From contig CAZDEW010000002.1 in assembly GCA_964504585.1 (NCBI GenBank), positions 33,862-97,861 of the forward strand: a stretch of DNA of 64,000 nucleotides, read 5' to 3'. The position numbers and the translations under genes are program-made. Positions 37,120 through 45,783 of the stretch are shown here, piece by piece. The notes under the pieces were generated by a model. The model was not told the DNA's origin and searched no databases. It saw only the letters and a program-made list of their open reading frames with translations. The stretch is from an uncultured Pseudomonadales bacterium. GTDB taxonomy: Bacteria > Pseudomonadota > Gammaproteobacteria > Pseudomonadales > UBA7434. Position 1 is the stretch's first letter, and the number at the start of each line of letters is the position of its first letter.

Positions 37120-38361
37120 TTAGAGAGCCAGAATAATCTTGCCGATCACCTGACGCTCGATGGTTTGCGGCGATTCTCCCAGCTGCCGCCATGCGACGCG
37201 ATCCGTATCTATCCGCAACCACTCCAGACTATAGTCGAGAGCTGAGCCACTGTTCCAGCGATAGGATACCGTCCACGCATTTCCGCTTTCGCCGTTGGGA
37301 TCCTCGCTGAGGGCATCTTTGTCGTCGACTGAAAACCAGTCGCGTCGCAGGGTAAAGCTGTGAGCCTGCCACTGCTTCGAGAGCTGCACATAGCTGGCCT
37401 GAAATTCATTGTCGACCAGTGAGCGGCCATCGGCAGATTCCCCCATTTCGGTACGTCCAGCCATCCACTGCGTCTTAAAACGCAGGTCGGAGACATTGCT
37501 GGCCAGACCTATGGCGGTGAAGCGCGTATGCCAGCCGTACTGACCGTCGATTATTACGGTCGGGTCCGCACGATTATCGTAATAGAGTATGTTAAGGAGA
37601 GACGAGCGCCCAGTGCGCCAGTTCAGTCCCAGATAGTAGCCCGGTTTGTCGTCGATCTCCCGGTAGGGGTCGATGAAACTCGCCTGGCCCTCAAAAACCT
37701 GGCCGGATTGGAGTACATCGATCTGGGGAATCGCCAATTGATCATCCCATCGCGTCTGCCTCTCATGAAGCGACCAGCCTTTCCACGCGATTAACGCACC
37801 AGCAGAGTCATTATTCATAAACACTGCGCCAGTTACATTGAGCTGTTGTGCTCGGTCTAGCCAGTTAAATTTGAAGCCATGTCTCGACTCAAGACCGGCG
37901 ACACGCACCTCCTCGGCGATCCAGGTGTTGATTGCAGAGAAGTTGTTGGTGCTATCTCCCGTCCAGCCAACGCCGCTGTTGTCCAGGGAAATTGGTGGAT
38001 AGAAAACGCCAAACTTAAACCGGTGGCGCAAAGCGCCGGTGGGCACGGGCTTCCAGCTGAGAAAAATCTCGGTGACACCGGTCGATCGACCGAAATCCGG
38101 ATCTTGCGCGATCGCGGTGCTATGCAATTGCAAGGTATCGGTGAGTTGGCCGCGATAATCAAAAACCGCGTGCAGCCTCGCGTTTGCATCGCGCTCTATG
38201 AGTTTTCCTGCACCGCCAGTATCCCAGCCGGCATAGCCTGAGGCGTCGATACTGCGAAAACTGATGAGCCCATCAAGCTGATTAGCTGATGTTGATTTTG
38301 CAAGTCCGTGCGTACTACTTAGCGCCAGGGTCCATGCAAAGATTTTCCAAGGTCGAATCAT
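37120..38361 (-). CDS. putative outer-membrane beta-barrel protein (hypothetical)
   Basis: 413 aa with a signal peptide. Alternating aromatic/polar strand pattern rich in Y/W/G/D. ATGA overlap with the upstream cupredoxin-like gene. Confidence 0.45.
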   Translation of the reverse strand: MIRPWKIFAWTLALSSTHGLAKSTSANQLDGLISFRSIDASGYAGWDTGGAGKLIERDANARLHAVFDYRGQLTDTLQLHSTAIAQDPDFGRSTGVTEIFLSWKPVPTGALRHRFKFGVFYPPISLDNSGVGWTGDSTNNFSAINTWIAEEVRVAGLESRHGFKFNWLDRAQQLNVTGAVFMNNDSAGALIAWKGWSLHERQTRWDDQLAIPQIDVLQSGQVFEGQASFIDPYREIDDKPGYYLGLNWRTGRSSLLNILYYDNRADPTVIIDGQYGWHTRFTAIGLASNVSDLRFKTQWMAGRTEMGESADGRSLVDNEFQASYVQLSKQWQAHSFTLRRDWFSVDDKDALSEDPNGESGNAWTVSYRWNSGSALDYSLEWLRIDTDRVAWRQLGESPQTIERQVIGKIILAL

Positions 38362-39044
38362 TCGTAAATGGATTCGGGTGCTTGCGGTCTTGAAGCCGAT
38401 CGTAAGCGTTTGCTGAGCTTGAACTGTACGCTACGGTCTTCGCCGACCAGTGAAATGGTCTTCTCCTTGTTTAGTTTTATTCTCGGGCTCCAGATCCGAA
38501 TATTCTGGGCTATTTCAGGTTTAACCGGGCCGATGCTTGCTCTTCCGTTTTCGTCGGTCCAGGCAAAAACTTTCTGGTGGGTAACAACAATGTAGCCGAC
38601 CATGTGATCGTGGATGTTACAACCGAGTACAACCACACCCTCGTGTTCAAAGAGAGTGGGTTCTGGTGCCTCGCCTTTGTAAAGCGGTAGCACAAAGTTA
38701 TTGGGTTTAGTAAACGAGTAGACGTGATGAGCAACGGGATCGCTGTTGGGGAAAGTCACGCTGGCCCCGCGAGGAATCACCAACACGTAGGGCTCGAACT
38801 GCATTCCACGCTGGTCCATGACGAAGGGCTCTTCCGGGATGCTGTGATCATTGGTATCGAGCATCACCAGCACATCGGGCACCGGGTCGCCGTTGCGGTC
38901 CAGCACTTCGACCTCAACGCGTTCCTGGTTGGATTGCTCGGCATCCGCCGATACGGATTGGCAAAGCACTAGAACGGCAGCAGCGCAGCCAATAACGAGC
39001 TGAAGCGCCATTGCCGGACTAAGGATAGTTGATAGGTTTCTCAT
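38358..39044 (-). CDS. periplasmic cupredoxin-like protein
   Basis: 228 aa with a signal peptide. Candidate type-1 Cu ligands in AHHVYSF and GCNIHDHM. Confidence 0.55.
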   Translation of the reverse strand: MRNLSTILSPAMALQLVIGCAAAVLVLCQSVSADAEQSNQERVEVEVLDRNGDPVPDVLVMLDTNDHSIPEEPFVMDQRGMQFEPYVLVIPRGASVTFPNSDPVAHHVYSFTKPNNFVLPLYKGEAPEPTLFEHEGVVVLGCNIHDHMVGYIVVTHQKVFAWTDENGRASIGPVKPEIAQNIRIWSPRIKLNKEKTISLVGEDRSVQFKLSKRLRSASRPQAPESIYE

Positions 39045-39133
39045 CTTTTAAGCCTAGACAAGATATTGCGCCATGCGACTCGAGAGCTGCAGATGAACTC
39101 GGCTAGACTTTATGTTGGACCGAAACTCAAAGA

Positions 39134-41518
39134 TTGATCGCGAATCAACCTATGCAGCTTAGCTTTGTACAAAAACTGCTCGTGCTGACGATGTTGCCGC
39201 TGCTTATTGCGCAGTTCGGCACGCTGTTTGGTGTGATGACGACAGCGCAAAATGAAGTTCGCGAGACTGCGATAAAAGAACTGCAGGTCGCGGCCACTGT
39301 GACAGAGCAATACCTCGTTTCCAGAGCAAGTCGACTTCAGCAGGCCGCGCAGGTGCTCTCTGCCGATTATGCGTTGAAAGAGGTTTTTAGCTTTGGTGAT
39401 CCTGCCTCTGTGCGCTCGGCCCTGATTAATCACGGGAGCCGGATCGAGGCAGATTTTACTGCGTTTGTAGATTTAGACGCTGATGAACAGCTGGCCGTTG
39501 TCAGTGATCAGGCGATCGAGGCGGGGTTTAATGCCTACGTTAATGATCAGGCAGGAGCCAGCGATGCAATGCCTGCAGCGTCAATCGTTTTTGTTGACAG
39601 TCAGTTCTACCAGATTTTTTCTGCACCGGTGCGTGCGCCCACGACAATTGGCTATCTCGTTTTTGGAATTCACATTGGCGATGAGTTCGCGACGTCGCTC
39701 GCAGAACTTACTGGCAAAGATGTAGCGGTCGTCCCCAATGCTAGTAGCCCTGGTGCGCTGGGAATCGCTAATGCCCAGGACAAAAAAGTCAGCAACTGGG
39801 TCGATGGTTTCACTCAAACCGGCAGCGTGTACAGCAACTTCGAGAGCCAGAACGAATACCTTGCGATTGCTACTGCTCTGATGGATGCGGATGGGAGTGT
39901 GCTTCTGGTGTTGCGCAAATCAATTGCTGAGGCTTTTGAACCCTATGCTCGCGCCAAGGATTCTATTCTTGGCGTGGGATTGCTTATCCTGACCGTAGTG
40001 GCTCTGCTGGGTACCGGGCTTGCAAGAGGTATTGCCCACCCGATTAAACAACTCACGGCCGCAGCATCCAAAATTGCGGAAGGTTCATACGACACAGAGA
40101 TAAAATCTTCCAGCCAGGACGAAATCGGCCGGCTGGCAGCTGCGCTGCAAACCATGCAGACCGCTATCTCGGAGCGGGAAAACAAGATTCTTCACCAAAC
40201 CTTGCACGATAATTTGACAGGCCTGCCGAACGGCGAACAACTCAATGCCGCGATAGGGCAAAGTCTGCGAATACCCAGAGTAGAATTTTCGCTGGTGTGC
40301 CTGCAGCTGTCAGACCTACAGCGAATCTTCTCGCTAATTGGTCAACATGCAGCAGAGGAATTTATGCTCGGCTTGTGCGGGCTGCTGCGTGAGCGTTTGC
40401 CAGCATCATCAGTGCTCTATCGGACAGGGACACATGAATTTTTTGTTTTGTTGCCAGAGTGCGCGGTAGAGCAGACCGCCTCGTTAATGGCTTCCGTCGC
40501 CGAAGATTTGAGAACAGGGGTCAGGTATCAAAACAAAAGCCTCCTTTTACGCGCGCACGCCGGTATTGCTGCGTTTCCCGAGCACGGCGATCAGCGTGAA
40601 TCATTGATCCGTCGGGCGAAGATTGCAGCAGTCGATGCGGAATCCGCAGACCATGCGACCCAGACTTTTCAGGCGGGTCGAGAAGAGGTTTTTGAGAGGC
40701 ATCTCGCCATTGCCAATGAGCTGCCGCTGGCTATTGAGCGCGGTGAAATTGAAGTGCACTATCAACCAAAGGTTTCTATACAACAGAGGCGGGTGCACGG
40801 AGCGGAAGCGCTGGTGCGTTGGACACACAAAGACTTCGGTTTCATGTCGCCTGAGGAGTTCATTCCGATCGCAGAGCAGACGGGAACCATCTTTAAGTTG
40901 ACGCAGTACGTGCTTAACCAGTCAATGGCTACACTGGCAAGATTGCGCTCGCAGGGCCATAGCCTGTGTATGGGCATCAATGTGTCGGCCAGAGATCTGA
41001 TAGAGGAGGGCTTGGTTGCTTACATCGAATATTGTCTCACGGTCCATCAACTCGATCCGGCCTGCCTGATACTGGAAGTCACCGAGACTTCGATTATGGA
41101 AGACCTCGAAGTGGCGAGTGCCACGCTGGAACGACTCAGAGCGATGGGCATCCGTACTGCGATTGATGATTTCGGTACCGGCCAGTCGTCTATGGCCCAG
41201 CTGCAGAACTTGCCGCTCGATGAGCTCAAGATCGATAAGAGCTTTGTTATGCCCATGGCAGAGGAAGCATCCTGCGAGACGCTGGTTACCGCAACTATCG
41301 ACCTTGCGCATCGCTTGGGGATGACCGTTGTGGCAGAAGGTGTCGAAGACGCCTATGCGCTTAATTGTCTGCAAGAGCACGGTTGTGAGGTTGCACAGGG
41401 GTACTACTTTGACAGAGCGCTTCCAGAGCAGGCGTTTACCGAGTGGGTAGCATCTTTTCGACCTGATCAATTTTGGACGTCTGAACAGGAGCAAGCTGGC
41501 AAAACAGCAGGTGCTTAG
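39134..41518 (+). CDS. membrane sensor with periplasmic domain, HAMP, degenerate GGDEF and intact EAL domains (c-di-GMP phosphodiesterase-type)
   Basis: 794 aa (TTG 39134 or ATG 39152). Two TM segments flank a ~260-aa periplasmic region. The GGDEF position reads RTGTHEF. EAL motifs are intact (EALVRW, DDFGTGQSS, KIDKSF, EGVE, QGYYF). Confidence 0.85.
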   Translation: MIANQPMQLSFVQKLLVLTMLPLLIAQFGTLFGVMTTAQNEVRETAIKELQVAATVTEQYLVSRASRLQQAAQVLSADYALKEVFSFGDPASVRSALINHGSRIEADFTAFVDLDADEQLAVVSDQAIEAGFNAYVNDQAGASDAMPAASIVFVDSQFYQIFSAPVRAPTTIGYLVFGIHIGDEFATSLAELTGKDVAVVPNASSPGALGIANAQDKKVSNWVDGFTQTGSVYSNFESQNEYLAIATALMDADGSVLLVLRKSIAEAFEPYARAKDSILGVGLLILTVVALLGTGLARGIAHPIKQLTAAASKIAEGSYDTEIKSSSQDEIGRLAAALQTMQTAISERENKILHQTLHDNLTGLPNGEQLNAAIGQSLRIPRVEFSLVCLQLSDLQRIFSLIGQHAAEEFMLGLCGLLRERLPASSVLYRTGTHEFFVLLPECAVEQTASLMASVAEDLRTGVRYQNKSLLLRAHAGIAAFPEHGDQRESLIRRAKIAAVDAESADHATQTFQAGREEVFERHLAIANELPLAIERGEIEVHYQPKVSIQQRRVHGAEALVRWTHKDFGFMSPEEFIPIAEQTGTIFKLTQYVLNQSMATLARLRSQGHSLCMGINVSARDLIEEGLVAYIEYCLTVHQLDPACLILEVTETSIMEDLEVASATLERLRAMGIRTAIDDFGTGQSSMAQLQNLPLDELKIDKSFVMPMAEEASCETLVTATIDLAHRLGMTVVAEGVEDAYALNCLQEHGCEVAQGYYFDRALPEQAFTEWVASFRPDQFWTSEQEQAGKTAGA

Positions 41519-41784
41519 CCGCGTTCTTTTACTTGATAATTAGAATAATCCACTGGGCAAAAGAGAATGCTTTGCGATCTTGCTTTATTCATTGGCTGTG
41601 CCGCTACAAGCTTTGACTTATAATGAGTGTCTGATCTTTTTGCTATAGGGTTTGCCGCGCGCTTTATTTAGCGGTGAGATTGATCAACGATTACTGCTTT
41701 GCTTGAGAGAAAGGTTCAACACTGCGTCATTGGCTGTTGGGTGTGCATATATGAGCCTGGTAAGTAGCGGCAAGGTATGATTGA

Positions 41785-42753
41785 GTGGTGATGATGAGTT
41801 ATAAGAACTACCTTAATGAGCAATCGTCTAAGGCAATCCCTCCGCCAGATTTTATTACACGTCTGGTAACCTGGTTTCTGCGCTGGCAAAAAAAGTTTCG
41901 ATCGCCTTTTTCTATCGGTGGTTTGAGAGGTTGGTCGAAACGATTTAACCGGCAGCAGTTTAAGCTCCCTGAGGGTATTGAGTTTGAACGCATAGAATTC
42001 GCTGGCTTGACCTGCGATCGATTAAATAATCCAGATGCTGATAAGGTCGTCTTGCACTTTTACGGCGGCGGATACTGCATTCGCATGCCCGACTCTGAGA
42101 TCCCGGCAATTGCAGCGTTTTGTAAGTCGATTAATGCTGAAGCCTATTTGCCCTGGTATCGGCTCGCGCCCGAGGATCCTTTTCCCGCCGCACCGGATGA
42201 CTGCCTGCGAGTATATCAATCGCTTCTGGAGGAGGGGGTTGATCCACAGCGCATTATCTTGTCGGGAATTTCTGCAGGTGGAGGCAACGCCTTGTCGCTG
42301 CTTTCGATGCTACGGGAGCGGCAGCTTCCTATGCCCGCTTATGTAACGCTATCGTCCCCGGCAGGAGATGGTTTGCTTACAACGCCGTCCTGGTATGAAA
42401 ACGCCGGTACCTGTGCCTTCTTTAAGCTGGAAGACATTCTGATTTTTGGAGCGATGTTCGCGCGACCGGAGCAGCGCTCCAATCCATTGCTGAATGTTTC
42501 GCTAATGGATGATTTTACCGGCTACCCACCGCTTCACTTTACTGCCAGCACAGATGAGGTCCTGCGCGATGTTTCGGTGATCGCCCATGAAAAAGCGCTA
42601 GCTGCCGGCGTTAAATCGACCCTGACGCTGTTTGAAGGCGCCTTCCACTGCCAGCCGGTACTTTGGCCGCGAGGGCGGCAGTCAAAAGTCATCTGGCAGC
42701 AGATTATCGATGACTTACCTGTCCACCTAAAACCCTCTGTAAAAACTTCTTAG
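41785..42753 (+). CDS. alpha/beta hydrolase (HSL-type esterase/lipase)
   Basis: 322 aa. Oxyanion motif HFYGGGY and nucleophile elbow GISAGG. Confidence 0.75.
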   Translation: MVMMSYKNYLNEQSSKAIPPPDFITRLVTWFLRWQKKFRSPFSIGGLRGWSKRFNRQQFKLPEGIEFERIEFAGLTCDRLNNPDADKVVLHFYGGGYCIRMPDSEIPAIAAFCKSINAEAYLPWYRLAPEDPFPAAPDDCLRVYQSLLEEGVDPQRIILSGISAGGGNALSLLSMLRERQLPMPAYVTLSSPAGDGLLTTPSWYENAGTCAFFKLEDILIFGAMFARPEQRSNPLLNVSLMDDFTGYPPLHFTASTDEVLRDVSVIAHEKALAAGVKSTLTLFEGAFHCQPVLWPRGRQSKVIWQQIIDDLPVHLKPSVKTS

Positions 42754-42758
42754 CCGAA

Positions 42759-43256
42759 TCAGGGTGCCTGAATGACATGAGACACCATCGTAGTGCCCTC
42801 GAATACGGCTTTATCGAGAACGCTGCGCTCGTCGACGAATAGAAAGTCAAACGCGCCGTTTTCATTCTCATCATAGTGAAGCATGATCACTAACGGCGTC
42901 CCGGTGTCTAGCTCTCGGTAAACTTTGAGATCGACGTCAGTATTCTCTCCGGCCTCCAGAAACGAGGCGCCCACGTAGATCATTCCGTTTGGTTTACCGT
43001 CTTTAAAGGGATGAACGACCAGCCAGCCATCTTTTTCAATCTCGACTTTAGGGACGGTAAGGGTGTTACCTGAGCGGGTGATGCCGTCGGTCTGTATCCA
43101 GTTGTTCTCACCGTTACCCATTGTAATAGCGGGTGCCGCTTTGGGGGGCTTCTCGGTGGCGGTATACCCGTCGTTACCATGGTCATGCGCCAACACAAAA
43201 GTGGCCGACGACAGCGTCAATAGTGTTCCGAACAGGGTAATCAGTTTAGTTTGCAT
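42759..43256 (-). CDS. small secreted protein, unknown function
   Basis: Internal start of ORF 42759-43595: MQTKLITLFGTLLTLSSATFVLAHDHG (signal peptide). The upstream 113 aa of the ORF look non-coding. Confidence 0.55.
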   Translation of the reverse strand: MQTKLITLFGTLLTLSSATFVLAHDHGNDGYTATEKPPKAAPAITMGNGENNWIQTDGITRSGNTLTVPKVEIEKDGWLVVHPFKDGKPNGMIYVGASFLEAGENTDVDLKVYRELDTGTPLVIMLHYDENENGAFDFLFVDERSVLDKAVFEGTTMVSHVIQAP

Positions 43257-43411
43257 TAGTGGTGCTCCATTATTGTTTTTGGTTGATTTTATCCCCCTGA
43301 TTCTACAACGCCGATGATGCACAATAAACTCAAACTGGATATTAAACGAGCAATTCCTGCGCGTTAACTTGATGTTTGGGTTTATTCGCCCGATGCAAAC
43401 TATAATTTTCA

Positions 43412-44095
43412 ATGATGGATATCGGCTCAGGAACGACAGCAGCGCTTGCAGCTTCCGGTTTTGCCAGAGAAGCGCGCGGCGTTGTGCCCGTTGCAAGCAA
43501 GACGGAGGCGCCATCAGACAATAAGAATACCTTATTAGCCGGGGGCAATGAGCCTGCGGCACTCGCGAAGCGGGCGAAGGCCGAAGCCACGTCAAACGAC
43601 AAAAAGATGCTCGAGGGCTTGAGCGAGCAGGAGTTGGCGCAAGTTCGCGAGCTAGCGGCTAGAGATCGAGAAGTGAGGGCGCATGAGCAGGCGCATGCGA
43701 GCGTAGGTGGTCAATACGCGAGCGCGCCCAGCTACACCTTTCAGCGCGGCCCAGATGGGCGTCAATATGCGGTTGGTGGTCAGGTTTCTATTGATGTCTC
43801 ACCTATACCAGGCGATCCAGAAGCAACCTTGGCAAAAGCTCGCATCGTGCGCAGAGCGGCACTGGCACCCGCGCAGCCATCGGCCCAGGACAGGGCTGTG
43901 GCGGCCGAGGCAACAGCGATAGAGCAACAGGCAAGGATAGAGATTTCCGCTAATAAGCAAGCGATTGCTGCGCAACGCTATGCAAGCGTGGATCGAGACC
44001 TTGCGAGTTTTCTGGGCGGTGACGATTTAAATCCATCGGGTTCCGCAAAGAAATCAAACAACCAAGAAACTGGTACTGTTAGCTTTTTTATTTAG
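43412..44095 (+). CDS. SprA-related putative metalloprotease family protein
   Basis: 227 aa. RDREVRAHEQAHASVGGQYA...YTFQRGPDGRQYAVGGQVSID...GDPEATLAKARIVRRAALAPAQPSAQD matches the remembered family signature. Confidence 0.6.
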   Translation: MMDIGSGTTAALAASGFAREARGVVPVASKTEAPSDNKNTLLAGGNEPAALAKRAKAEATSNDKKMLEGLSEQELAQVRELAARDREVRAHEQAHASVGGQYASAPSYTFQRGPDGRQYAVGGQVSIDVSPIPGDPEATLAKARIVRRAALAPAQPSAQDRAVAAEATAIEQQARIEISANKQAIAAQRYASVDRDLASFLGGDDLNPSGSAKKSNNQETGTVSFFI

Positions 44096-44135
44096 CTTAG
44101 CAAGCAAACTGATACGACTGTGGTTTCACGCGAGG

Positions 44136-44894
44136 CTAGTCTTGAGCCTCTGCATGCTTAGTTGTTGTAATCGGGCGCAATTGATCAAAGAAATCACTGC
44201 TCGCGGAGCTGTAGGGCTCTTTCTTCGCTTCTGCAATCAGCCCGCTAAGCGTTTTGAACGGGGCGCCTACCAGTAGTTGGTTTGAAATCCACGATGGAAT
44301 ACCCACGGGGTCGATAAGCGCCCAGTTGCGAATATTAACGCCGGTTTTGGTGGGCTCTATGATCCATTGAATTCTCGCATCCCTGATACGCACGTTGCGC
44401 GGTTGTTTCTCCATGACATCGGGTGTGGCAATGCTATTCATGATCGCTGCACCTGATTCCGGATCGATATGCCACTTGACGTGATTCACCGCATCGCGAT
44501 TTTTTACGGGTGAGGGCAGGTCGTTCTCTGTATACACGTAGTAATCGTCGACAGCGTTTGTGCTGTGAACGAAACTGCGCTTGCACAAATCTGCCCAGTT
44601 TGGGCAGGCTTCTGCGTCGAGAATGACAGCGATAACGGCATGCGCAGTAAGACCCTCAACCGAAGCTTCGGCTTTAACCGCCCGGTGTTTGATACCCCTA
44701 ATTTTCTGCGTGTAGATTTGGATGCCGTTCTTGTCTTTCTTGAGTTTCCATTCGCTCGCGGGCTCAAGACCAAAAGGCTTGGCCTGAGCGGCCAGAGAAC
44801 AGAACACAGTGAGACATAAAGCGAGCACATAGTTTGTTAGCCGTGACGTAAGCTTAATTTCATGATTCTCAGATGGGTAGTTGCCTGTACGCAT
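44136..44894 (-). CDS. START/lipid-binding-like domain protein with N-terminal membrane anchor or signal
   Basis: ORF 44136-44969; start uncertain (Met at 44894 used). KDKNGIQIYTQKIRG...VKAEASVEG...NWADLC pattern. Confidence 0.5.
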   Translation of the reverse strand: MRTGNYPSENHEIKLTSRLTNYVLALCLTVFCSLAAQAKPFGLEPASEWKLKKDKNGIQIYTQKIRGIKHRAVKAEASVEGLTAHAVIAVILDAEACPNWADLCKRSFVHSTNAVDDYYVYTENDLPSPVKNRDAVNHVKWHIDPESGAAIMNSIATPDVMEKQPRNVRIRDARIQWIIEPTKTGVNIRNWALIDPVGIPSWISNQLLVGAPFKTLSGLIAEAKKEPYSSASSDFFDQLRPITTTKHAEAQD

Positions 44895-45055
44895 AATGTT
44901 TTCCGAAAAGCTGTTTTTATCGTCGACGGGACGGTTTGTCTTCCAGTTATTTTGCTCAAGATAGCGCATTCTTGAGACTCTAGATAGTGGTTAAAGTTCA
45001 TGGTCTAATGTGCCGCCTATAACAAGTATTTTGATGGAATCACAACCTTTCTGTT

Positions 45056-45697
45056 TTGTCTGAAACCTCTCTCAAGTCCCACCGCGCTCGCATCAGGAGC
45101 CATCTGCGAAAACTCGCGAGCGCTGACCAAGATATTGCCGGGGCGATCGAACGGGTTGGTTTTCCCGAGCCTCGTGTTCGGCAGCCGGGTTTCGAGGTGT
45201 TTGTTCACACGGTAATCTCGCAGCAGCTATCGACTGCGGCCGCAGAGGCCATCTGGCGCCGATTTACTGAAAAGTTTGATCCGCTAACACCTGAGAGAGT
45301 ACTGCGAGCCCGCGTAAAGACGCTTAGAGGATTGGGGCTTTCGGAGCGTAAAGCCGACTATGTCAAGGGTGTGGCAAGAGCATTTATAGACGGCACGCTC
45401 AACATAGAGGAGTTCGCCACGCTCGGCGATGAGCATGTGGTGCAGCGAATAACCTCGCTGAAGGGATTCGGCGTCTGGAGTGCCGAGATTTATCTGATGT
45501 TTTCATTGCAGCGTCCGGACGTCTTTGCAGCCGACGACCTGGCCCTGCAGATTGGCTTGCAGCATTTAAAGAAACTCCCGTCTAGACCGTCTGCCAAAGA
45601 GTGTCGGGCAATCGCTCAGAGCTGGAGTCCTTATAGGTCATCCGCCAGTTTGCTGCTCTGGCGCTACTATGCGCATGTCAAAAAAGACAATGGCTGA
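45056..45697 (+). CDS. DNA-3-methyladenine glycosylase II family (HhH-GPD) protein
   Basis: 213 aa. LKGFGVWSAEIYLMFSLQRPDVFAADDLAL is HhH-GPD-like. Confidence 0.8.
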   Translation: MSETSLKSHRARIRSHLRKLASADQDIAGAIERVGFPEPRVRQPGFEVFVHTVISQQLSTAAAEAIWRRFTEKFDPLTPERVLRARVKTLRGLGLSERKADYVKGVARAFIDGTLNIEEFATLGDEHVVQRITSLKGFGVWSAEIYLMFSLQRPDVFAADDLALQIGLQHLKKLPSRPSAKECRAIAQSWSPYRSSASLLLWRYYAHVKKDNG

Positions 45698-45783
45698 TTG
45701 ATTCAGGTGAGTGGATATTTCACTAATGTCGCAGTGCATCAGCACACCAAGGCTGTTATGCAGATAACTTTCGATAGGGATAT

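Noticed and set aside
42759-43595. Full 278-aa ORF as the gene product
   Set aside because: The N-terminal 113 aa are Arg/Cys/Ser-rich with no coding character and overlap the divergent promoter region. An internal Met gives a clean signal peptide (MQTKLITLFG...), so the short form 42759-43256 was adopted.
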